A stretch of 64,000 nucleotides of DNA from an uncultured Desulfospira sp. (GTDB lineage Bacteria > Desulfobacterota > Desulfobacteria > Desulfobacterales > Desulfobacteraceae). The notes beneath the pieces were generated by a model. That model ran no database searches and was not told the origin of the DNA. It worked only from the letters and a program-made list of their open reading frames with translations. How positions within the stretch are numbered: the first letter of the stretch is position 1; every line of letters begins with the position of its first letter. Positions 1 to 8,802 of this stretch are shown here, one piece after another. The translations under genes were made by a program, and so were the position numbers. The stretch is taken from the NCBI GenBank assembly GCA_963663165.1, contig OY760175.1:3648001-3712000 (forward strand), given 5' to 3'.

Positions 1-36
1 CTAAAGGCTAACTGCTAAAAGCTAAGGGCTAAAGGC

Positions 37-816
37 TTATTTACTCTGCCAGTCTTCGAATTTTACCCATATAACGGCACCCAGCTCCACGCCCTTTTCC
101 TGGCCGTCCTGCTTCATGGTAAAATCAGCTTCGTTAAGGGCGGCAAATCCCCACCATCCGGACTTGGGAGCGGCATAGGTAAAGATGCCGTTGGCATCGG
201 CCTTGATGGTCTGGGTGACCATATAATCGGTGGGGGCTTCGGACTTGCCGTCTTCATTATAATATTCCACTTCCACTTCGGCATAGGGAACGGCTTTGCC
301 GTCCAGTTTGACGATGCCCTGGAACACATTGCCGGTATAAAGGGCAAAGGGTTTGGAAAGAGGGACGATTTCGGTTTTCAGGCCGACCTCTTCATCCCAG
401 CCTTCATCATCGCCGAAAGCCGTGACCACGGTTTTGGTGTAATGAATAATAAAGCAGTCTTCGGCAGGTTCCCAGTAGGGGACAGGTTCCATGTGAAAGG
501 TATAAACCCCGGGCCTCTGGACTTTGTAATCGGTTTTCCAGGCGGTATGGTCCATTACCTTTGCCTGCTGTAAGGTGCCTAATAAATCTTGTGCCTTGCC
601 GTTGGCAACAACGGCAAACACTTTGGGTTTAACCAGTTCCATCCCGTGGCCTTCAAAGGGATGGGAAAAAGAGGCGGTAATATGGACGGTCTTGTCTTCA
701 TCCTGCATGACCATAGCGTCTGAAGGAATGACCATTCCGTAATGGGCCTGAACAGAGGCCAGACCAAAAATCAAACCACAAACCATAACCCCTGATGCCA
801 GAATCGCTTTTTTCAT
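37..816 (-). CDS. DUF4198 family periplasmic protein (Co/Ni uptake-associated)
   Basis: Signal peptide ending ..VQA-H; motifs SHPFE and PYWEPAEDCFIIHYTK; C-terminal GWWGFAAL; GGAG RBS upstream. Confidence 0.8.
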   Translation of the reverse strand: MKKAILASGVMVCGLIFGLASVQAHYGMVIPSDAMVMQDEDKTVHITASFSHPFEGHGMELVKPKVFAVVANGKAQDLLGTLQQAKVMDHTAWKTDYKVQRPGVYTFHMEPVPYWEPAEDCFIIHYTKTVVTAFGDDEGWDEEVGLKTEIVPLSKPFALYTGNVFQGIVKLDGKAVPYAEVEVEYYNEDGKSEAPTDYMVTQTIKADANGIFTYAAPKSGWWGFAALNEADFTMKQDGQEKGVELGAVIWVKFEDWQSK

Positions 817-1123
817 AACCTTTTTCTCCTGTGAGTCCTGTGTGTAAAAAAAATACGCAAAATTGCGTTGCCAAATTCGTTACAACCTTCGTGGTTTGAT
901 TGTTAAAAAATAGCTGACAGACAAAATAACTGGACCGCAGGCTTCGTGCCTGCATTAAAAATTACCTAACTTTGTATATTAAAATCCCGATAGAAGCAAT
1001 GAGAAAAATGGAAACCGAAGACCGTAAAACGGGAGACCGGATGTTGAGAATCCAGCAGGTTACACCCGGGGCGGTGGCCGTGGCCAGTCCGGAATGCAAG
1101 GGCCGAAGGATGTTTCAGTACCC

Positions 1124-1160
1124 AAAAAGGCCGGCATCTTTTCAGATACCGGCCTTTTTC
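1124..1160. terminator. Bidirectional intrinsic terminator
   Basis: aaaaaggccggcatc-ttttca-gataccggccttttt hairpin with A-run/T-run flanks, just downstream of the 1188..1790 stop. Confidence 0.7.
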
Positions 1161-1187
1161 AGGTTTAAGGAGGGTCGTTATGGCTGT

Positions 1188-1790
1188 TTAGCTGTGTTTT
1201 CCTCTAATGGCGCCGGTCAAAGCAAGCATTCCGGTCCCGAGCAGGGTCAAGGTGCCGGGTACGGGAACTGCGGAGGCTTTTGTAAATACGGCGTAAACCG
1301 CATCGGCTTCATCGGCAGTGCTTTTCGAGGCGCTTAGATATTTTGTAGCAATTTCATCTGAAGGGTCACTGGCATAGTTTCTGGCGTATACCAATGTAAG
1401 ATAGGTGCTGCTCCAAGAGGCTGTATCATAGGCTATATACACTTTTGCTGAAGTCGCAGAATCTTCAATCCCGAACAGTGTGGCGGGATCATTATAATCG
1501 CCTGTAAATACCTGCTCCAGCAATGCCTCGGCCGCTGCTGTCGCAGCCTCTTCCGAATCAAAGTCAAAGGTCCATGTGCCGTTTTCGTAGGTATATGCAT
1601 CATAACCTGTTCCTTCAACAAACTCCACATTGTACAGATCCCCACCAATTTCTACGTTATAGGCTTTAATTATTTCGTTATTGCTGTTAAATTCCAGTGT
1701 TACAGTTGCAGCAGATGCTGTGGAGCAAAAAAATACAGCGCAACCCAACATTACACAGAATGCGGTAAATACGGCCTTGATTTTATTCAT
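1188..1790 (-). CDS. PEP-CTERM-type sorting-domain surface protein
   Basis: Signal peptide (..STASA); acidic Ser/Thr-rich body; C-terminal VPVPGTLTLLGTGMLALTGAIRGKHS (VPxP + TM + basic tail); AGGAG RBS. Confidence 0.85.
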   Translation of the reverse strand: MNKIKAVFTAFCVMLGCAVFFCSTASAATVTLEFNSNNEIIKAYNVEIGGDLYNVEFVEGTGYDAYTYENGTWTFDFDSEEAATAAAEALLEQVFTGDYNDPATLFGIEDSATSAKVYIAYDTASWSSTYLTLVYARNYASDPSDEIATKYLSASKSTADEADAVYAVFTKASAVPVPGTLTLLGTGMLALTGAIRGKHS

Positions 1791-1924
1791 GTCAAAAACT
1801 CCTTTTTAATATTTGTTATTCCCATTGGCTGAACCCCCGATGTTTAATCGTCGAATAAATGCCGGCCTGTTTCCGGGGCAGGCCGACACAATAAAAGACC
1901 ATGTCATTGAGAATGATATCCTGG

Positions 1925-2570
1925 CTAACCAAGCTTATTTTTCCGGTTCACGCCGGCAATCAGGGCCAGGCCGGAACCCAGCAGAATCAGAGCCGAAGGA
2001 ACCGGTACCGGGGCGGCATCAACCACCACCCAGGCACCGAGGTTGGAGCCGTAAGAACTGTCTGAAACTGCTTTAGTATATTTATTTGAATAACTAATGG
2101 TCTGATTATCCAAATCAAGCTGGATATATATATGTCTGCCTATGGCCGCTGGCACTGGCTTCGTCGTACCGGGCATTATAGTATTCTGCATATCCGATAA
2201 GCGTGCCCCTGGTGTTGGTTCTGGTTGACGCCAGACAAGGCTCAAATGCCGCATAAATCTCTGCCGCACTATAAGAATACAGGTTGGCAATATCATCAGA
2301 CGTTGCCATGCGCCATTCGCCGTATGAGCCGTATTCTTCAGACTCAGACAGTGCGTCAATGGCCGCAAGCTGAGCCGCATAGTACAAGATCACGCCTTCC
2401 GAACTTCTGGAATTGAACATGGCCAGATCCTGGATCCAGTACTGGTTGTTCACATCGTCATAAATTACGCCGTCTCCCATATCTATCAAAGATGCTGAAG
2501 CCGGTCCGGCAAACCAGATCAGGCTTAAAATTAAAATACTTCCCAATTTAATCAACATATGTTTTTTCAT
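1925..2570 (-). pseudogene. PEP-CTERM-type protein split by a frameshift at an (AT)5 tract
   Basis: ORF 2115..2570 has the signal peptide and N-terminal domain; the frame of ORF 1925..2380 has the tail PVPVPSALILLGSGLALIAGVNRKNK; the frames switch at ATATATATAT 2124-2133. Confidence 0.8.
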
Positions 2571-2832
2571 TGCATTTTCCTCTTTGTTAAAAAATCGAAT
2601 TACCCATTTTTTGTACTCATCAAAAATTCATAACACGGCTGGGAATAAGGAAAACGTACCCGGAAAGTTGCTGCCCATATTTCCCGCCTTTAAATGGCCG
2701 CAGGCTTTGTTCTTTGAACCTGCCGGCGCAAGACAGGATATATCTTGGCGGCAAAAAAAATGCTGGGACTTTCTTGCTAAATGTTAGCACTTTAGGGAAA
2801 AGGTTCCCATATGAATAGTCTCTGTTTTTTCT

Positions 2833-2861
2833 TTGACTATCGGCGCAAAACGTTGTATTTT
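2833..2861 (+). promoter_or_regulatory. Sigma70-like promoter with overlapping inverted repeat
   Basis: TTGACT-17 nt-TATTTT; inverted repeat AAAACGTT-N9-AACGTTTT (2847-2871) overlaps the -10 box. Confidence 0.55.
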
Positions 2862-2902
2862 GAAACGTTTTGTAGTTTTACCGATAGACTTATGGAGCTG
2901 AG

Positions 2903-3010
2903 ATGAGAATGACAATATCACCTGCTATCCTTGTGGCGCTGGGACTTGGAGTAATCTTCACCGCTGCGATGATCGGCCTTGCTGTGGCCATCAAAAAGGA
3001 CATGATCTAA
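2903..3010 (+). CDS. Small 35-aa single-pass membrane protein (not in ORF track)
   Basis: MRMTISPAILVALGLGVIFTAAMIGLAVAIKKDMI; GGAG 5 nt before the ATG; promoter upstream and terminator directly downstream. Confidence 0.7.
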   Translation: MRMTISPAILVALGLGVIFTAAMIGLAVAIKKDMI

Positions 3011-3017
3011 TCTCTAT

Positions 3018-3054
3018 AATCCCCCGGTCTCCTGACCGGGGGATTTTTTCTTTT
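3018..3054 (+). terminator. Intrinsic terminator
   Basis: aatcccccggtc-tcct-gaccgggggatt followed by a T-rich run. Confidence 0.85.
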
Positions 3055-3063
3055 CCCTTCTTA

Positions 3064-3299
3064 TCAGCAGTGCCCCATCTTCGCTCATTCAGGCCTTCTC
3101 ACATAGCAACAGTATGCTACGAAGTCCTGACTAACGGCCACGGGCCGCCTTGGTTATCCAACCAAGCACCGCCCACAACAAATAATGAAAGTCTTCTCAA
3201 GATGTTAGTGAGACTTTCTTATAAAAACAAATATGAAGCACTGATGAACAGTTACGGACCTTGGTTTTGTTTAGTTTTCAGCATTAGCTGAATAGTTAC
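3064..3299 (+). mobile_element. MITE-like element type A, 5'-truncated copy
   Basis: Near-identical to both ends of 35387..35776; ends in GCTGAATAGTTAC; left TIR incomplete and no TSD visible. Confidence 0.75.
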
Positions 3300-3479
3300 A
3301 AATTTTTATTTAATCTTTAAAATAACCTCTCTGAATGGTGGTGAACAACATCTCGTTGTGTAAAAACGTTAAGACTAAAATCTAATATGCCGATCCCCAA
3401 ACCTTCTTACCATCTTGGAGATGGCTGCCGTCCCAAGTGGATGCGGTGAAACCACCCATGCCATCCCGAAAGGAACCCC

Positions 3480-6440
3480 ATGAGCAAAGCAGGCTATAGT
3501 ATCCGGACAAAACTGATTGCCATATTTGTACTCATCAAGGTGCTGCCCCTGATTGCCCTGGCCTGGTTTTTCTGGCTCGGGATTTCCCATCTGGCCGACA
3601 GCCTCAATACCCAGACCGCTAAAATGGCCGAAGACTCAGGCCGCCTGGTCGGCGGCATTGCCGATATGGCCACAGGTAACTCCATTGAGGCCCTGGACAA
3701 CCATTCCAGGGAAGCCATTGAACGCCTGACAACGGACACGGCCCGCAGGGTGGCCGCCTTTTTATATGACCGGGACGTGGATATCCGGCAGGCGGCACAG
3801 CTTGATCCCACCCCTGAAAATTTCACTGATTTTCTCTCCAAACGGACCCGGCCGGTTATGCTGGACAACGGCAGCTGGCAAATGGATGAAGCAGGGGAAA
3901 AATGGATACAGACCGCCCCTGAACCCCAAAACACCAAAGACGTAACCGCACGGAACAAGGACAATGAAACCCAGTTTCATTACCGGCCGCCGGAGCCCGA
4001 AGCCCGGATCGAACAGCGCCCCTTATTCCTTGAGATGACCTATGTGGATCTGTCTGGAAAGGAAAAGGTCAAAGTCATCACATCGCATCTGCTGCCCGAT
4101 ACGCTTCTGGATATTTCAAAAAAAGAAAACACCTTTTGCCGGGCGGAGACCTATTTTGAGTCTCTTAAAACCATCACCCCCGAAGACATTTATGTTTCCG
4201 AGGTGATCGGGCCCTATGTCAAGGGGTTCCTCCCCGGAGGGCCTTACAGCAAGGTCCGGGCCAAACAGCGCAACATGGCCTTTGAACCGGAAACCTCGGG
4301 CTATGCCGGAAAGGAAAACCCACTGGGAATACGGTTCCAAGGGCTTATCCGGTGGGCCGCACCGGTGGTAAGCCAGGGAGAAGTCAAAGGGTACGTCACC
4401 CTGGCCCTGGATCATACCCATATCATGGAATTCACCGACCACCTGGTTCCTACCCCGGAACGGTACTGCATTACATCCGATGCCGGCTCGGGCAACTATG
4501 CCTTTATGTGGGATTATAAAGGCCGGAATATCTCCCATCCCCGGGATTATTTTATTTACGGGTATGACCCTGAAACCGGTGAACAGGCGGTGCCGTGGCT
4601 TGAAGCCTCCCTTTATCCCCAATGGCTTGAATGCCGGGGGAGCATGACGGAATTTGAGAAAAAGGTTCCCTGGTTTGATGCCCAGTCTTTAAAGAAAAAA
4701 CCGTCTGCCGAACTCACGGGCCAGGGGTTTGTGGGCCTGGACGGCCGGTTCCTTAATTTTGCCCCCCAGTGTACCGGGTGGCACACCCTGACCCAGCACG
4801 GCGGTTCCGGGTCATTTCTGATTTTCTGGAGCAAGCTGTGGAAACTGACGACAGCGGCCGCCATTCCCTATCATACCGGCATATACAAGGCCCACCCCAG
4901 GGGGTTCGGCTACGTGACCATTGGTGCCAATGTGGACCAGTTTCATAAGCCGGCCGTGGACACTGCCGCCAAAATTGATGCGGTCAAAAAGGCGTTTGAA
5001 AACAACCTTAAACAGCAAAAGGAAGACAACCAGGCCTATATCCGGTCCATCCTCCACAATACCTCCATCAGAATGGCCGTTTATACCCTGCTGATGGTTG
5101 CCCTGGTCATTTTCATTGCCCTGTGGATGGCCGCCGCCCTTACCGGGAAAATCACCCACATGATCCATGGCATCAGAACCTTCAGAGAAGGGGACCGGAC
5201 CTTCCGCCTGACCCAGACATCAACAGATGAAATGGGGCAGCTGGTCTTCTCCTTTAACCAGATGGCCGATAAAATCCAGCAATCCCTTGAGGAAACCGAA
5301 TCGGCCAGGGAAACCGCAGAACAGGCCAATATCCGCCTTAAGACCGAAGTTGCCGACCGAAAGGCGGCCCAGGAAGAGCTTTCCCGTCATAAGGAACATC
5401 TTGAAGACATGGTGAAAGAAAGAACCGCAGAACTTGAAAAACAAATCCTGGAGCGCAAACGGGCTGAAGAAGAGCTGGTACAGTCCGAGAAAATGGCGGC
5501 CTTAGGACAGCTCATTGCCGGCATTGCCCATGAGATCAACACCCCCATGGGTGCCATCAAATCCAGCGGCAGCAATATTTCAGATTCCATCAGCCACCTT
5601 AACGAAGATTTGCCTGCTGTGGCGGCAAGCCTGGAACCCGATCAGTTCAGACTTTTCCAGGACCTGCTCAAAAAGCCTGAACAAAGGGCAACCCTGCTTA
5701 CCAGCCGGGAGGAACGAAAACTCATCCGCAAGGTCAGCGAGACCCTGGCCAATGAAGGGATTGACAACAGCCGGCAGATGGCCTTTTTACTGGTTCAGCT
5801 CAATGCCCATGAAAATGTCGATGATTTTTTCCCCCTTCTCAAGCACAAAAATTCTGAATTTATATTTGAAACCGCTTACGGGCTTTACTCGGTTACCAGC
5901 AACACCGCCAATATCAACCAGGCCGTTGACCGGATCAGCAAAATTATTTATGCCCTCAAATCCTACGTCCGGCAAGGCGATTCCAATGAAAAAACACCAA
6001 CCGATATTGTGGAAGGGATTGAAACCGTTTTGACCATTTACCACAGCCAGATCAAGCAGGATATTGAACTAATCAAAGATGTTAACCCGGTTTCCCCCAT
6101 CATGGGGTACCCCGACGAATTAAACCAGGTATGGACCAATCTGATCCACAATGCCCTCCAGGCCATGGATTATAAGGGGGTGCTGAAAATCACCGTCACG
6201 GACCAGGGCCGGGAAGTGGCCGTGAGTATCAGCGATACCGGATGCGGCATCCCCGAAGAAAACATGGATAAAATTTTTAACCCGTTTTTCACCACAAAAC
6301 CAAGGGGGGAAGGCAGCGGGTTAGGGCTTGATATCATCAAAAAAATCATTGAACGGCATGACGGGAGAATTGGCCTTGACAGTATCGTTGGAAAGGGAAC
6401 CACCTTCACGGTTTTTCTTCCCAAACAGGGAGATGCATGA
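3480..6440 (+). CDS. Membrane sensor histidine kinase (large extracytoplasmic domain, HAMP, HisKA, HATPase)
   Basis: Two TM segments; HAMP (DEMGQL); H-box AGIAHEINTP; NLIHNA, DTGCG, FFTTK, GSGLGL boxes. Confidence 0.93.
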   Translation: MSKAGYSIRTKLIAIFVLIKVLPLIALAWFFWLGISHLADSLNTQTAKMAEDSGRLVGGIADMATGNSIEALDNHSREAIERLTTDTARRVAAFLYDRDVDIRQAAQLDPTPENFTDFLSKRTRPVMLDNGSWQMDEAGEKWIQTAPEPQNTKDVTARNKDNETQFHYRPPEPEARIEQRPLFLEMTYVDLSGKEKVKVITSHLLPDTLLDISKKENTFCRAETYFESLKTITPEDIYVSEVIGPYVKGFLPGGPYSKVRAKQRNMAFEPETSGYAGKENPLGIRFQGLIRWAAPVVSQGEVKGYVTLALDHTHIMEFTDHLVPTPERYCITSDAGSGNYAFMWDYKGRNISHPRDYFIYGYDPETGEQAVPWLEASLYPQWLECRGSMTEFEKKVPWFDAQSLKKKPSAELTGQGFVGLDGRFLNFAPQCTGWHTLTQHGGSGSFLIFWSKLWKLTTAAAIPYHTGIYKAHPRGFGYVTIGANVDQFHKPAVDTAAKIDAVKKAFENNLKQQKEDNQAYIRSILHNTSIRMAVYTLLMVALVIFIALWMAAALTGKITHMIHGIRTFREGDRTFRLTQTSTDEMGQLVFSFNQMADKIQQSLEETESARETAEQANIRLKTEVADRKAAQEELSRHKEHLEDMVKERTAELEKQILERKRAEEELVQSEKMAALGQLIAGIAHEINTPMGAIKSSGSNISDSISHLNEDLPAVAASLEPDQFRLFQDLLKKPEQRATLLTSREERKLIRKVSETLANEGIDNSRQMAFLLVQLNAHENVDDFFPLLKHKNSEFIFETAYGLYSVTSNTANINQAVDRISKIIYALKSYVRQGDSNEKTPTDIVEGIETVLTIYHSQIKQDIELIKDVNPVSPIMGYPDELNQVWTNLIHNALQAMDYKGVLKITVTDQGREVAVSISDTGCGIPEENMDKIFNPFFTTKPRGEGSGLGLDIIKKIIERHDGRIGLDSIVGKGTTFTVFLPKQGDA

Positions 6441-6874
6441 TGAAGACATCTGAAAAATGTTTGATTTTGTGTGTAGATGATGAGCCCATGGTGCTGCATT
6501 CACTGCGTGACCAGCTTTACAAAGCCTATGGGAAAAGATATACTATTGAAATTGCCCAGAGTGCTGAAGAAGGCCTGGAAATTTTAGATGATCTTTACCG
6601 GGACGGGTTTGTCCCGTTGATCATTATTTCCGACTGGCTGATGCCCGGGATGAAAGGGGATGATTTTTTGATTGAGGCCCACCGACGATTTCCCCATGTG
6701 ATCAAGGTGATGCTGTCCGGCCAGGCCGATGACGCGGCCGTAACAAGGGCTAAAAATGAGGCGGATATGTTTGATTTTATCACCAAGCCATGGGACGCCG
6801 GGGAACTGATCCGGTCTATTGATGAAGGGATCGCGCAGTATGCCATGGGCCAGGACCGAAGCGGGCGGGTTTAA
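6437..6874 (+). CDS. Single-domain response regulator
   Basis: CVDDE, ISDWLMPGMKG, TKPW; ATGA overlap with the kinase. Confidence 0.9.
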   Translation: MMKTSEKCLILCVDDEPMVLHSLRDQLYKAYGKRYTIEIAQSAEEGLEILDDLYRDGFVPLIIISDWLMPGMKGDDFLIEAHRRFPHVIKVMLSGQADDAAVTRAKNEADMFDFITKPWDAGELIRSIDEGIAQYAMGQDRSGRV

Positions 6875-6908
6875 GCCCCTTTAACACGAACAAAAATGGT
6901 AAAACAAC

Positions 6909-7916
6909 ATGACCGAATCCAACATTGATGACCTTGCTATCCTGTGTGTAGACGATGAACCCATTGTCACGGAAAGCCTTCGGTCTCTGTTTTATAAAGC
7001 ACTCAAGGAAATCAAAGTGATTGAAGTGGCCCACAGCGCTGAAGAGGCCATGGAGGTGATTGAAGATTTTATTGAAGACGGCATCAGCCTTCAGGTGATC
7101 ATCTCGGACTATATCATGCCCGGCGTCAAAGGGGATGAGCTGCTGATGAATATCCACAAAAAATTCCCCAGGGCAAAAAAAATCATGCTCACCGGGCAAA
7201 GTGACATCAAAGGCGTCCAGAACGCCATCAACAAGGCCCATTTATACCGGTTTTTAGAAAAACCATGGATCAATGACGACATGATTTTAACCATTCGTTC
7301 TGCCCTGACCGCCTACCATCAGGAAATCCTCCTTGAAGAGCAGTTCAAAAAACTCCAGCAGATGAACCAGGAACTTGAACAAAAGGTATTGGAACGGACC
7401 CGCCAGCTTGAAGAAAAAAACCGGGAACTTGAACGGGCCGCCATTTCAGACCAGCTGACCGGCCTGGTGAACAGAAGAAAATTAGATGAAATCCTGGCCA
7501 CGGAAATCAAACGGTCCAAACGGTATGGTAACGCCTTTGGTGTCATCATGCTGGATATTGATCATTTCAAGGCAGTGAACGACACCCACGGCCATCAAAT
7601 TGGCGATCAGGTGTTGCAGTTGTTTGCCGAGCAGTTGAAACAGGGGGTCCGGGAAGTTGATGTGCCGGGCCGGTGGGGCGGCGAAGAATTTCTGATTGTT
7701 TGTCCTGAAACGGAAAAGGAGGGCCTGGTCTCTCTGGCTGAACAGCTCAGATCCGGGGTGCAAAGCCGGGAGGTGTCAGGGGTCGGCCCCAAGACCGCCA
7801 GCTTCGGGGTCACCCTTTTTAAAGAAGACGATACCGTTGAAACCCTGGTTGGCCGGGCGGACAAGGCCTTGTATCAGGCCAAGGCCAATGGCCGCAACCG
7901 AATCGAGTACATATAG
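6909..7916 (+). CDS. Response-regulator diguanylate cyclase (REC-GGDEF)
   Basis: N-terminal REC; DQLTGL, DIDHFKAVNDTHGH, intact GGEEF; RxxD I-site (REVD). Confidence 0.93.
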   Translation: MTESNIDDLAILCVDDEPIVTESLRSLFYKALKEIKVIEVAHSAEEAMEVIEDFIEDGISLQVIISDYIMPGVKGDELLMNIHKKFPRAKKIMLTGQSDIKGVQNAINKAHLYRFLEKPWINDDMILTIRSALTAYHQEILLEEQFKKLQQMNQELEQKVLERTRQLEEKNRELERAAISDQLTGLVNRRKLDEILATEIKRSKRYGNAFGVIMLDIDHFKAVNDTHGHQIGDQVLQLFAEQLKQGVREVDVPGRWGGEEFLIVCPETEKEGLVSLAEQLRSGVQSREVSGVGPKTASFGVTLFKEDDTVETLVGRADKALYQAKANGRNRIEYI

Positions 7917-8003
7917 TGTTTGGGCGGCTCGATAGAGGAGCTTCAGCTCACAAAGGCACCCATCTGCGGCGCGTTTGCCACCCTTCTTTTCGTTCAAACA
8001 CTA
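7914..8003. repeat. Palindromic REP/MITE-like intergenic element, family B
   Basis: Ends TAGTGTTTG...CAAACACTA; internal sequence shared with copies at 49879, 51302 and 60329. Confidence 0.75.
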
Positions 8004-8618
8004 TTCCGGGTCCGGGTTTTCTAACTTATCATACCAGGGTTCGTCGCCGTACAGTTCCTTGGTGCATTTCGGGCATATGCTGTGGCTGACCATGGCATCG
8101 GAGTGTTTTGCGATATAGGCCTCTATTTTGTTCCATATGCCGTTGTCGTCCCGGACGGCTTTGCATCTTGAGCAGATGGGAAGGAGCCCTCTCAAAGTTT
8201 TGAGTTCGACCTCCTTTTTGACCCGGGCCAGAAGTTCCGGCGGCATAAACGGCTTGGCGATATAATCTGAGCCGCCGACTTCAAACCCCTTTACGATATC
8301 GGCGGTTGTCGCCTTTGCCGTTAAAAAAATAACCGGAATATGCTTTTGGGCCATATCGGATTTTATCTGTTTACAGATATCGTATCCATCCATATCCGGC
8401 AGCATCACATCCAGAAGAATCAGGTCAAACGCCTTTTTCCTTACCCATTCAAAGGTTTCTTTGCCGTTCATGGCCGACTCGATATCGTAGCCTTTATTTT
8501 TCAGCACATTCCCCAATAGTTTAAGATTGCTATCTTCATCATCCACAATTAAAATGGAAAAATCAGATTCAATATAATCTTTAGCCATCTTGTGCCCCTT
8601 TATATGGTTGTGGCGCAA
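8001..8618 (-). CDS. Response regulator with C-terminal Cys/His (zinc-ribbon-like) tail
   Basis: REC domain (VDDE, LDVMLP, KP) followed by LPICSRCK..SHSICPKC; true start probably MAKDY. Confidence 0.88.
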   Translation of the reverse strand: MRHNHIKGHKMAKDYIESDFSILIVDDEDSNLKLLGNVLKNKGYDIESAMNGKETFEWVRKKAFDLILLDVMLPDMDGYDICKQIKSDMAQKHIPVIFLTAKATTADIVKGFEVGGSDYIAKPFMPPELLARVKKEVELKTLRGLLPICSRCKAVRDDNGIWNKIEAYIAKHSDAMVSHSICPKCTKELYGDEPWYDKLENPDPE

Positions 8619-8802
8619 ACTTGAACCTATAAATCCTTGAAATCAGCCGGTATGAAATGATAAAAGAAAACTTGAGTTTTAGCAATGGGTAAAATCAGTC
8701 CAAAACATCGCATGACGACCTGGTGCCATTGACTGCCCCGAGGAAATTCAAAAAAAGATGGTTAACAGATCGCACAATTAACAAAGGTAACCGGGACCCA
8801 AG

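Noticed and set aside
817..1120. Cobalamin riboswitch or leader peptide upstream of the DUF4198 gene
   Set aside because: No B12-box or other recognisable motif on the minus strand; ORFs 698..955 and 972..1337 look spurious
2571..2800. Sigma54 promoter expected for PEP-CTERM genes
   Set aside because: No convincing TGGCAC-N5-TTGC with correct spacing found by eye here or upstream of 59562
3070..3291. Paralogous small ORFs MPHLRSFRPSHIATVCYE.. (also 35401..35610)
   Set aside because: Translations of MITE DNA that diverge in frame after the shared part
7914..8003. Integron attC sites for the family B repeats
   Set aside because: No consistent RYYYAAC/GTTRRRY ends, no integrase, and the copies flank housekeeping and signalling genes rather than cassettes
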